From Candidatus Polarisedimenticolaceae bacterium (GTDB taxonomy: Bacteria; Acidobacteriota; Polarisedimenticolia; Polarisedimenticolales; DASRJG01): a stretch of 64,000 bases of DNA. A model generated the notes under the pieces. That model was not told the DNA's origin. It did no database searches and worked only from the letters and a program-made list of their open reading frames with translations. This document shows positions 1 to 10,897 of the stretch, piece by piece. The stretch spans positions 17,669 to 81,668 of the forward strand of contig DASVAW010000092.1 of assembly GCA_036376135.1 (NCBI GenBank). The letters are read 5' to 3'. How positions within the stretch are numbered: position 1 is the stretch's first letter; the number at the start of each line of letters is the position of its first letter. A program made the position numbers and the translations under genes.

Positions 1-2681
<2,681 letters not shown>

Positions 2682-3293
2682 ACCGGCGCGTCGAGGAGCT
2701 TGGGCGCCGCACCGATCTGGACGAGCGTCGCGACGCGGTCGACGTACCGCCAGTGCTCGGCGATCTTCCCCGCACGGAAGGTGAACAGCTCGACCGCGCT
2801 CGCCCGGACCGGGCGCTTGGTCGCGGGCAGCCCCATCCATGCGCCCACGTGCGTGCCGACCTCGGTGATGCGCACGACGACGGTGTCGCCCGAGACCTTG
2901 ACGTCGTCCACGGTCGCCTTCACGTCGAACGACGCGCGCTCCCCTTCGATCGAGCGCTTGAAGGCCGCCCGGTCCCGGCGCTGGCCGTTGGCGAGCACCT
3001 CGTCGGAGAACAGCGCGTCGACGGTGAGCATCCGGCCGTCGTTTCTCACCTCGGCGACGTAGCGCCGGACCGCCTGTTCCATCGCCGCCGTCTCGGCCCG
3101 CCCCCGGCCGGCGCCGGCGCCCTCGTCTCCGGCGAAGGGGGCCGCGAGCACGAGGAGCGTCCCTGCGAATGCGGACAACGTTGCGGAACGCATGGGCACC
3201 TCCTGGCCGTCTGGACGGGAGTGTGCCTTTCCGAGGTGTAAATCGGATGCAAAAGTTGTAAAGAAGTGCGGCGAAACGCGGGGTTCTTGCAGC

Positions 3294-3668
3294 TTACTTC
3301 GCGAGCTCCCCGTAGGCCGCGGCGTCCAGCAGCCCCGAGAGCTCCCCCGCATTCGCGAGCCGCACCTTGAACAGCCACGCGGCGCCGTGCGGATCCTTGT
3401 TGACGACGTCCGGGGCGTCGTTGAGGCCGGCGTTGACCTCGACCACCTCCCCCGAGACCGGCGAGTAGATCTCCGAGACCGCCTTCACGGACTCGATCGT
3501 CCCGACGACCTCGTGCTGGACGATCGTGCGGCCGACCGCGGGGAGCTCGACGTAGACGATGTCGCCCAGCTGGGACTGCGCGAAATCGGTGATCCCGACG
3601 GTGCCGGTCCCGCCTTCGACGAGGATCCACTCGTGGTCCTTGGTGTAACGCAGGTTCGTCGGGTACAT
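3294..3668 (-). CDS. gcvH: Glycine cleavage system H protein
   Basis: 124 aa, MYPTNLRYTKDHEWI...ESVKAVSEIYSPVSGEV (lipoyl-lysine motif). GGAGGAGG Shine-Dalgarno upstream of the ATG at 3668. Confidence 0.95.
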   Translation of the reverse strand: MYPTNLRYTKDHEWILVEGGTGTVGITDFAQSQLGDIVYVELPAVGRTIVQHEVVGTIESVKAVSEIYSPVSGEVVEVNAGLNDAPDVVNKDPHGAAWLFKVRLANAGELSGLLDAAAYGELAK

Positions 3669-3691
3669 CCGAGACTCCTCCTCCCGTCGGG

Positions 3692-4804
3692 TCAGCGCGC
3701 CCGCCTGTAGAACGGCGTCGGGACGACGACGGCGCTCTCGAGGCGGTTGCGGATCTCGACCTCGAATCGCGTGCCGGCTTCCCACATCCCTGCGGGGAGG
3801 TACGCGAGGCCGATGTTCTTCTTCAGGTACGGCGCGAAGGTCCCGCTGGTGACGACGCCGACCGGCTCGCCGTCCCGAAGGGCCCGGAAGCCCCGGCGCG
3901 CGATGGCGCCCCGTCCTTCGGTCTCGAACCCGACGAGCTTGCGTTTCAGCCCTTCGGCCTTCTGCCGGACGAGCACGTCGCGTCCGAGGAAATCGCCCTT
4001 GTCGAGCCTGCAGATCCAGCCGAGGTCGGCCTCGAGGACCGTGGTCGTGTCGTCGATGTCGTTCCCGTAGAGGGCCATCTTCGCCTCGAGGCGGAGGGTG
4101 TCGCGGGCGCCGAGGCCGCAGGGGAGCAGCCCGTGCTCCTTCCCGCGCGACATGATGGCGTCCCAGAGGCGGGGGCCCGCGTCCGCGGGGGCGTACACCT
4201 CGAAGCCGTCCTCGCCCGTGTACCCCGTGCGCGAGACGATCGAGGGCACGCCGTCCACATCGGCCTGCAGGAAGCCGTAGTACTTGAGCGGGGCGAGATC
4301 GACGCGGACGAGCGGCTGGAGGATCTCGACCGCCTTCGGCCCCTGGATCGCGAGCTGCGCCCATTGCGAAGACTCGTCGCGCACGTCGACCTGGAAACCC
4401 TTGGCGTGGTAGTGGAGCCAGTCCACGTCCTTCGGGGTGTTCCCCGCGTTCACCACCAGGAAATACTCCTGCTCGCCCAGCTTGTAGACGAGGAGGTCGT
4501 CGACGAACGTCCCTTCCGGGGTCGTCAGCCCGGTGTACTGGATGCGCCCCGGAACGAGCTTCGAGACGTCGTTGCACGTGACGAACTGCAGGTAGGCCAG
4601 AGCCTCGGGTCCCTTGACCCGCACCTCGCCCATGTGGCTGACGTCGAACAGCCCCGCGCGCGTGCGTACCGCGAGGTGTTCGTCGAGGGTGCCGCTGTAC
4701 TGGACCGGCAACTCCCAGCCGGCGAAGGGGACCATGCGTCCGCCCGCGGCGACGTGCGCGGCGTGGAGCGGGGTCTTCCTGACGGGCGCGTCGCCGGTTT
4801 GCAC
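3692..4804 (-). CDS. gcvT: Aminomethyltransferase, glycine cleavage T protein
   Basis: 370 aa, [28 protein letters not shown]... GTG start at 4804 is preceded by GGAGG. The longer track ORF (to 5521) runs out of frame through hemD. Confidence 0.92.
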   Translation of the reverse strand: MQTGDAPVRKTPLHAAHVAAGGRMVPFAGWELPVQYSGTLDEHLAVRTRAGLFDVSHMGEVRVKGPEALAYLQFVTCNDVSKLVPGRIQYTGLTTPEGTFVDDLLVYKLGEQEYFLVVNAGNTPKDVDWLHYHAKGFQVDVRDESSQWAQLAIQGPKAVEILQPLVRVDLAPLKYYGFLQADVDGVPSIVSRTGYTGEDGFEVYAPADAGPRLWDAIMSRGKEHGLLPCGLGARDTLRLEAKMALYGNDIDDTTTVLEADLGWICRLDKGDFLGRDVLVRQKAEGLKRKLVGFETEGRGAIARRGFRALRDGEPVGVVTSGTFAPYLKKNIGLAYLPAGMWEAGTRFEVEIRNRLESAVVVPTPFYRRAR

Positions 4805-4833
4805 CGGATTTCCTCCGTGAAAGGTCGAGGAAT

Positions 4834-5568
4834 CTACCACAGCGATTCGAGGGCCTGCTCGACCGCCTCCGGCGTGGGCTCGACGGCGACGGCGTGCGCG
4901 GGAAGCCCGGCGCGCTCGAGGGCGCCGGCGGTCGTCGAGCCGATCGCCACGCGTTTCACCGCGGCGAGCGCGTCCCCCGTCCCCGCCGTCTCGAGGAGGG
5001 CCTGGAGCGCCGACGGCGCCGTGAAGACGACCGCCTCGTACACGCCGTGCGCGAGCTCGAGCGCGATCGCGGGCGCGAGCTCGGAGGGCGCCGTGCGGTA
5101 CGCGGCCGCGGCAACGACGGCGAGGCCCGCGTCCTCGAGGACGGAGACGGGGAACGCCGATCCGCTCTCCGGACGGACGACGAGCACCCGCTCCCCGGCA
5201 CCCGCGCGCGCGACGATCTCGCCCGCGAGGGAGGCTCCCGTTCCCTCGGCCGCGAGGACCGCGACGCGCCAGCCCTCCCCCTCCGCCGCCCGCGCCGTCG
5301 CCGGGCCGACGCAGGCGACCTTGGCCGCGAGCGCCGCCGGCTCGCGCCCGGCCGCGCGAAGCGCCTCGGCCAGGCGCCGCGCGCCCGTCGCGCTCGTGAG
5401 CACGACCCAGGCGAACGAGCGCAGGTCGGCGATCGCGCGGGCGAGCGTCGAGGGGTCGAGCGGCGGCAGGGTCGACGCGGGGGCGCGGAACGTCCAGCCC
5501 TTCGCTTCGAGGGACGGCCACGCGCCGGGGGCGCGCGTCACGAGGACGCGACGGGGAATGCCGCTCAC
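4834..5568 (-). CDS. hemD: Uroporphyrinogen-III synthase
   Basis: 244 aa with HemD-like two-lobe pattern (RVLVTRAP...VVLTSATG...VVFTAPSA). Sits directly after hemC. Its GTG start overlaps the hemC stop (GTGA). Confidence 0.8.
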   Translation of the reverse strand: MSGIPRRVLVTRAPGAWPSLEAKGWTFRAPASTLPPLDPSTLARAIADLRSFAWVVLTSATGARRLAEALRAAGREPAALAAKVACVGPATARAAEGEGWRVAVLAAEGTGASLAGEIVARAGAGERVLVVRPESGSAFPVSVLEDAGLAVVAAAAYRTAPSELAPAIALELAHGVYEAVVFTAPSALQALLETAGTGDALAAVKRVAIGSTTAGALERAGLPAHAVAVEPTPEAVEQALESLW

Positions 5569-6515
5569 CCCTGCAGCGTGGCGCGCGCGTCCCGGAGGAT
5601 CGCGTCGCCGCCGCGCTCGAGGATCCGCTTCGCCAGGGCGATGCCGAGCGCCTCGGGAGTGTCGGGGTCCCCTTCGACGTGATCGCGCAGGCGCCGGCGT
5701 CCGTCCGGGTCCCCCACCATGCCGTCGAGGATCATCCGCCCGTTCTCGATCCGTCCGAGGGCGGCGGCGGGGGCGAGACAGCCGCCGCCCAGGCCTGCGA
5801 GGAAGCCCCGCTCCGCGCGCACCGCCGCGAAGGTCGCCGGGTGGTCGAGCGGCGCGATCGCCGCGCGCGTCGCGGCGTCGTCCTCGCGCGTCTCGATGGC
5901 GATCGCTCCCTGGCCCGGGGCCGGAAGGGAGACCTCGAAGGGGATCGCGCGGATCGGCATCGCGTCGATCCCCAGGCGGGTGACCCCGGCCATCGCGAGG
6001 ACCATCGCGCCGAATTGCCCTTCCTTGAGCTTGCGCACGCGGGTGTCGACGTTGCCCCGCACGAGCGTCATGCGAAGGTCGGGGCGGACGTGGAGGATCT
6101 GCGCGCGACGGCGGGGGCTCCCCGTCGCCACGACCGTCCCCACCGCGAGCTGCTCGAGGTCGAGCCCCCCCGGGGCGAGCAGTCCGTCCCGGGGGTCGGC
6201 GCGCTCGAGGGTCGCGGTGACGACGAGCCCTCGCGGCTGTTCGGTGGGCAGGTCCTTGAGGGAGTGCACCGCGAGGTCGATGCGACTCTCCAGCATCGCG
6301 TCCTCGATCTCGCGGACGAAGATCCCCTTGCCGTCCCCCTGCGTGAGCGGGACGTCCGACTTCTGGGAGGCGTCCCCTTCGGTCCTGATGACGATCAGCT
6401 CGACGCGCAGTCCCGGGTGCGCCGCCTCGAGCAGCGCGGCGACGTGACGGGACTGCCAGAGCGCCAGCGGGCTTCCCCGCGTGCCGAGCCTGAGGTGCGA
6501 CGGGACGACGCTCAC
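5565..6515 (-). CDS. hemC: Hydroxymethylbilane synthase (porphobilinogen deaminase)
   Basis: 316 aa, LRLGTRGSPLALWQS...RGNVDTRVRKL...GGGCLAPAAA. GTGA overlap with the hemA stop. Confidence 0.93.
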   Translation of the reverse strand: MSVVPSHLRLGTRGSPLALWQSRHVAALLEAAHPGLRVELIVIRTEGDASQKSDVPLTQGDGKGIFVREIEDAMLESRIDLAVHSLKDLPTEQPRGLVVTATLERADPRDGLLAPGGLDLEQLAVGTVVATGSPRRRAQILHVRPDLRMTLVRGNVDTRVRKLKEGQFGAMVLAMAGVTRLGIDAMPIRAIPFEVSLPAPGQGAIAIETREDDAATRAAIAPLDHPATFAAVRAERGFLAGLGGGCLAPAAALGRIENGRMILDGMVGDPDGRRRLRDHVEGDPDTPEALGIALAKRILERGGDAILRDARATLQG

Positions 6516-7840
6516 TCCTTGCCTCCCTGGAGGACGCGCTGCGGGCCGGCCGGGGCCGGGGCGCTCTCCGCCGAGACGTGACGCTCGAGGTCGAAGATCT
6601 GGCGGTAGAGGTTCGCGCGTTCGGCGGCCCTGCCCTGCTGCAACGAGCCCTTGAGGGTGCGGATCGCGGGGTGGAGGATCTTCTGGACGACGGAGCGGAC
6701 GAGCTCCTCGACGACCTTCTCCTGATCGGGGGTGAGCCCCTGGAGCTTGCGGTGGAAGCGCTCGATCTCCGCGCGGCCCACCTGATGGAGGTGATCGCTC
6801 ATCGCGGCGATCGTCGGCGCGATCGTGAGCGTCTGGCGCCAGAAGTCGAAGTTGCGGACCTCGCCCTCCAGGAGCTGGCGGGCCGCCTCCGCGGCGGCCT
6901 TGCGTTCCTCGAGGCTGGAGTCCACCACCCCCTGCAGGTCGTCGATGTCGTACAGGTACACGTTGTCGAAGTCGCCGACCGCGGGATCGACGTCGCGCGG
7001 CACCGCGATGTCCACCAGGAACAGCGGGCGGTTGCGCCGCAGGCGCATCGCCTTCTGCACGTGGTGGCGCAGGAGCACGGGCTCCGGCGCGGCGGTACCG
7101 GTGATGACGATGTCGATCTTCTCGAGGTGGTCGAACGCCTCTTCCCAGTAGAGGGCGGAGCCGCCGAACTGCTCCGCGAGCTCCACGGCGCGGGTGTAGG
7201 TGCGGTTCGTGACCGTGACCGACCCGATGCCGTTTCCCACGAGGTGGCGCGCCGCGAGCTCGGTCATCTTCCCCGCGCCGAGCAGGAGCGCCGAGCGCCC
7301 CTGCAGGTCGCCGAAGATCTTCCGCGCCAGGTGCACCGCGGCGTAGGCCACCGACACCGCGTGCCGGGAGATCCCCGTCTCCGTCCGCACGCGCTTCGCG
7401 CCGGAGAGGGTCTGCTGCATCAGGTGGTCGAGCACGGGGCCGGTCGTACCGGCCTCCTTGGCGATCGCGTACGCGCGCTTGACCTGCCCCATGATCTGCG
7501 GCTCGCCGAGCACCATCGAGTCGAGCCCGCCCGCCACGTGGAACATGTGGCGGACGGCGTCGAGTCCCTCGTAACGGAAGGTGTACCGCTCGAGCTCCTC
7601 GCCGGTGACCTGCCGCTCGCGGGCCAGGAATCCCGCGAGGGCCTCCCCGGCCTTCTTCTCGGAAGGGCCCCGCACCAGCATCTCGACGCGGTTGCAGGTG
7701 GAGAGGATGAGCGCCTCGTCCACGCCTTCCTCGGCGCGAAGGCGGGACAGGAACGCGGGAAGGTCGGCTTCCTTGAAGGCGACGCGCTCTCGGAAGGAGA
7801 CCGGCGCGCTGCGGTGGTTGAGGCCGAAGAGCACCAGCAT
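6512..7840 (-). CDS. hemA: Glutamyl-tRNA reductase
   Basis: 442 aa, MLVLFGLNHRSAPVSFRERVAF...STCNRVEMLV...LLLGAGKMTELAARHL. The ATG at 7840 overlaps the upstream stop (ATGA). Confidence 0.93.
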   Translation of the reverse strand: MLVLFGLNHRSAPVSFRERVAFKEADLPAFLSRLRAEEGVDEALILSTCNRVEMLVRGPSEKKAGEALAGFLARERQVTGEELERYTFRYEGLDAVRHMFHVAGGLDSMVLGEPQIMGQVKRAYAIAKEAGTTGPVLDHLMQQTLSGAKRVRTETGISRHAVSVAYAAVHLARKIFGDLQGRSALLLGAGKMTELAARHLVGNGIGSVTVTNRTYTRAVELAEQFGGSALYWEEAFDHLEKIDIVITGTAAPEPVLLRHHVQKAMRLRRNRPLFLVDIAVPRDVDPAVGDFDNVYLYDIDDLQGVVDSSLEERKAAAEAARQLLEGEVRNFDFWRQTLTIAPTIAAMSDHLHQVGRAEIERFHRKLQGLTPDQEKVVEELVRSVVQKILHPAIRTLKGSLQQGRAAERANLYRQIFDLERHVSAESAPAPAGPQRVLQGGKE

Positions 7841-8631
7841 CAGGGCACCAGCGTCGCGATCGTCAGGATCGCCAGCGCGTATCCCGTGATCGTCAGATAG
7901 GCCGACTTCCTCCCCCGCAGGCCGCGGGAGAGGCGGGCGTAGAACAGCAGCGCGAAGACGAACCACGCCAGGTAGGAGAGGATCTCCTTCGGGTTGCCGG
8001 CCCAGTACCGGTGGTGGATCACCATCCCCAGGACCAGACCCGTCGCGATCCCCAGCGTGAGAAGCCCGAACCCCGCGAGGAAGGCGTGGAACCCGACGCG
8101 GTCGCAGGTGTCCAGCGAAGGGAGCTTTTCCAGGAGGGCCAGGGGCCGCTTGGCCTTCAGCGCGCGGTCCTGAACCAGGTAGATGAGGCTCATCGCGAAG
8201 GCGACGCTGAGGGCGGCGATCCCGACGAGGGTGAGGCCGAGATGGAAGTAGAGCCAGCCCGTCTCCTGCGACCGCGGAAGCTGCAGGTGCGGAGCGGGGA
8301 TCACGATCCCCAGCACCGCGGCGACGAAGGCGATCGGAGGGAGCACGAAGACCGCCCCGAGCAGGTGGCGGCGGAACCAGAGGTAGAGGTGGAAGCCGAG
8401 GACCACCCAGCTCAACATCAGCAGGAAATCCTCGAGGCTGTCGAGCGGAACCGTCCCGCGGGCGATCGTGTGCCCGACGACCGCGCCGGTCTGGAGGATC
8501 CAGGCGCCGAGCAGGGAGGTGGTGGAGGCCTGCTTGAGCTTGTCCGAGGGGGTCCGCGCGTTCAGGACGGCGAAGAAGACGCCGAGGAAGTACCCGATGA
8601 GCGCGGCGGCCTGGGCAACGTGGTGAATCAT
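7840..8631 (-). CDS. Cytochrome c assembly (CcsA/HemX-like) integral membrane protein
   Basis: 263 aa, multi-pass, with the CcsA-family C-terminal pattern (..HRYWAGNPKEILSYLAWFVFALLF..). Its position upstream of hemA resembles hemX in hemAXCD operons. Confidence 0.75.
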   Translation of the reverse strand: MIHHVAQAAALIGYFLGVFFAVLNARTPSDKLKQASTTSLLGAWILQTGAVVGHTIARGTVPLDSLEDFLLMLSWVVLGFHLYLWFRRHLLGAVFVLPPIAFVAAVLGIVIPAPHLQLPRSQETGWLYFHLGLTLVGIAALSVAFAMSLIYLVQDRALKAKRPLALLEKLPSLDTCDRVGFHAFLAGFGLLTLGIATGLVLGMVIHHRYWAGNPKEILSYLAWFVFALLFYARLSRGLRGRKSAYLTITGYALAILTIATLVP

Positions 8632-8690
8632 CGCGCCGGAAGGCTAACACCACGCTCCGGCGGAGGTCGACCGGCCTCCGGAATCCCCCA

Positions 8691-9089
8691 TCAAGCCCGT
8701 TCTTGACCGATGTCAATCCCGGGGCGCGCCGCGCCGTCGAGCAGACCGTCGAGCTCGCGCAGCGCCGCGTCCTGGCGGGCCGCGAGGTCCCGATAACGTC
8801 GCAGGTCGAGGAAACCCAGACGGCGGGCGAGGTAGAGGTAGTACCGGATCTCGAAGAGGCCCGCCCTCGCCCCTTCCAGCGTCTCCCGCGACGTCGACGG
8901 CCCCGCCGTCGCCGCGACGAGGGCGCCCCCGCATCGTGCGGCCACCGTCCGGATGTCCCGCGCCAGTCCAGCCCCTTCGCCGCGGTCGAGCGCGCGCGAG
9001 GCCACGATCACCTCGAGCGCGAAGGCATCCGTCGCGCGAAACGCCCGCAGCCTGCGATCCGCCCCGCTCTCCCCCCTCAACGCGTCCAT
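8691..9089 (-). CDS. Four-helix-bundle protein (23S rRNA intervening-sequence protein / Avd-like family)
   Basis: 132 aa from the ATG at 9089. Pattern ..GLFEIRYYLYLARRLGFLD.. is typical of the family. Overlaps the pseudopilin stop by 13 nt. Confidence 0.65.
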   Translation of the reverse strand: MDALRGESGADRRLRAFRATDAFALEVIVASRALDRGEGAGLARDIRTVAARCGGALVAATAGPSTSRETLEGARAGLFEIRYYLYLARRLGFLDLRRYRDLAARQDAALRELDGLLDGAARPGIDIGQERA

Positions 9090-9667
9090 CGTCCGCTCCT
9101 TCGGTCGTAGCGCCATACGCGCACCCGTGCGGTGGGGCCGAACAGGACCACCGCGAACAAGCCGTCCATGCCGTCCGTCACGTAGAGGGTTCCCGACGAC
9201 GCACTGCCGTCCGGCGAGAACGAGACGAGGTCCGAGCGGCCGAACCGCACCGGGTCCTCCCCCGACCCGATGGTGCCGGTTCCCGGGGGAGCCTCGGGGA
9301 ACGGTCCGCCGGGGGGGATCCCGAACTCCACGCCGTCGACGTCGCGCCCCAACCGCCGCCGGAGGTCCCTGGCGCGATCGGTCCCGGTGCGGACCTCCGC
9401 CGTGCGAAGTCCGTTGCCGTTGCCGTCCTCGACCGGAAGCCACGACCACACCCCGGCGTCGGGAGCGAAGTGGTACCCGCCTGCACGCGCGAGCGTCACC
9501 GCCCGCCATCGCTCGGCGGCGAAGGAGGTGGCCACCCACCGCGCTCCCGCGGCCGCCCGCCCCCCGTTGCGGAGGTGGGCGGCCGCGGGGGCGGCGGCGA
9601 GGACCAGCGCGGCGAGGATCGCGATCGCGACGAGGATCTCGGCGGCGGTCATCCCCCGCTCGCGCAC
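9077..9667 (-). CDS. Prepilin-type N-terminal cleavage/methylation domain protein; minor (pseudo)pilin of FimT/GspH-like size
   Basis: GTG start. Class III signal (M)RERG|MTAAEILVAIAILAALVL with Glu at +5. 196 aa. Arg-rich C-terminal tail RVRVWRYDRRSGRWTR. Confidence 0.75.
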   Translation of the reverse strand: MRERGMTAAEILVAIAILAALVLAAAPAAAHLRNGGRAAAGARWVATSFAAERWRAVTLARAGGYHFAPDAGVWSWLPVEDGNGNGLRTAEVRTGTDRARDLRRRLGRDVDGVEFGIPPGGPFPEAPPGTGTIGSGEDPVRFGRSDLVSFSPDGSASSGTLYVTDGMDGLFAVVLFGPTARVRVWRYDRRSGRWTR

Positions 9668-9671
9668 GGGG

Positions 9672-9983
9672 TCACTTCGACCGGACGACGAGGTGCGGGC
9701 GCAGCTTCTCGAGGGACTTCTCGCCGATCCCCTGGACCTTCAGGAGGTCGTCGACGCTTTTGAACGGTCCGTTCTTCTGGCGGAAATCGACGATGCGTTG
9801 CGCCAGCGACTTCCCGATCCCGGGAATCCCGACGAGCTGCTCCACGCTCGCGGCGTTGACGTCCAGCGGGGACGCCGCCGGGGAGGAGGCGGCGGGAGCG
9901 GAGCTCGCGGGGGCCGCGAGCGCGGGGGCCGCGACGGAGACGAAGAGCACGGCGGCGGCGAGAAGGCAGGTACCGATCCTCAT
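9672..9983 (-). CDS. comEA: ComEA-family helix-hairpin-helix DNA-binding protein, secreted
   Basis: 103 aa with a signal peptide, then LDVNAASVEQLVGIPGIGKSLAQRIVDFRQKNGPFKSVDDLLKVQGIGEKSLEKL. Confidence 0.88.
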   Translation of the reverse strand: MRIGTCLLAAAVLFVSVAAPALAAPASSAPAASSPAASPLDVNAASVEQLVGIPGIGKSLAQRIVDFRQKNGPFKSVDDLLKVQGIGEKSLEKLRPHLVVRSK

Positions 9984-10098
9984 GAGACCTCCTTGCGGGC
10001 GACAGGCCCGTCGCGACCGGACGAAGGCAACGAGGATGCCGGGGAAAAAGTCGCGCGCCCTCGCGCGCGGCGCGCGCGGGTCGTCCGTCGGCGGACGG

Positions 10099-10881
10099 TC
10101 AGCGCGACCGGTGGCGTTCCTGCTGCAGCTCCGCGACGATCGACACGGCGATCTCGTCGGGAGTCTCGCCCCCGATCGGAAGTCCGATCGGGCAACGCAC
10201 CGTCTCGAGCCAGGCCGCGTCGATGCCGTCGTCCTCGGCCAGCTCGCGGAAGATCACGGCCTTCTTGCGACGGCTCCCGATGAGGCCGACGTAGCGCGCG
10301 CCGCTCGCGGCGACCGAGCGCAGCGCCAGGCGGTCGGTCCGGTGGCAGCGGGTCACGACGGCGACGAAGCTCGCCGGACCGATCGGGGGAAGCTCGCTCC
10401 ACGCGGCGTCGCAACGGTGCACCGCCCCGACGAGGGCCCGGCGCGCCGCGGCGCACGCCTCCTCGCGGTCGTCCACGAGCACCGGGTCGAAGCCGACCGT
10501 GCGCGCCAGACGCGCGAGCGCGATCCCCACGTGGCCGCAGCCGAAGATCACCAGACGCGGCCCGCCGGCCACGCGCTCCAGCAGGACCTCGGCCGTCCCG
10601 CCGCAGGCCATCCCGAGGGCCCCGTCGCCGTGCTCGGTGAAGACGTATCGCTTGACGGCCGGAGCGCCGTCGGCGTCCTTCAGGAGGTCGGCGGCGTCCG
10701 CGGCGACCGTCGCCTCGAAGGCCCCGCCCCCGATCGTCCCCAGCGTCGAGCCGTCGCCGCGGACGAGCATCCGCGCCCCCGCGGTGCGCGGCGTCGACCC
10801 CGACGCGCGCACGACGGTGGCGAGCACGCACGCGCGTCCCGCCCGCATCTCGTCGAGCAGCGCTTCGAGGACGTCGCGCAC
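10099..10881 (-). CDS. XdhC family protein (molybdoenzyme maturation accessory factor)
   Basis: 260 aa, ..VLATVVRASGSTPRTAGARMLV..GTIGGG...VIFGCGHVG..YVGLIGSRRK..CPIGLPIGGETPDEIAVSI. GTG start with a GGAGG Shine-Dalgarno. Confidence 0.85.
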   Translation of the reverse strand: MRDVLEALLDEMRAGRACVLATVVRASGSTPRTAGARMLVRGDGSTLGTIGGGAFEATVAADAADLLKDADGAPAVKRYVFTEHGDGALGMACGGTAEVLLERVAGGPRLVIFGCGHVGIALARLARTVGFDPVLVDDREEACAAARRALVGAVHRCDAAWSELPPIGPASFVAVVTRCHRTDRLALRSVAASGARYVGLIGSRRKKAVIFRELAEDDGIDAAWLETVRCPIGLPIGGETPDEIAVSIVAELQQERHRSR

Positions 10882-10897
10882 GCGGTGCCTCCCCCCG

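Noticed and set aside
4805-4833. Looked for a glycine riboswitch upstream of gcvT
   Set aside because: Only 29 nt separate hemD and gcvT, which is too short for the ~100-nt (single) or ~200-nt (tandem) aptamer. No GGAGAG...CACCG-type core is visible.
8691-9089. Considered a diversity-generating retroelement because the four-helix-bundle protein belongs to the Avd-like family
   Set aside because: There is no reverse transcriptase gene and no template/variable repeat pair anywhere nearby. The neighbours are a pilin and comEA.
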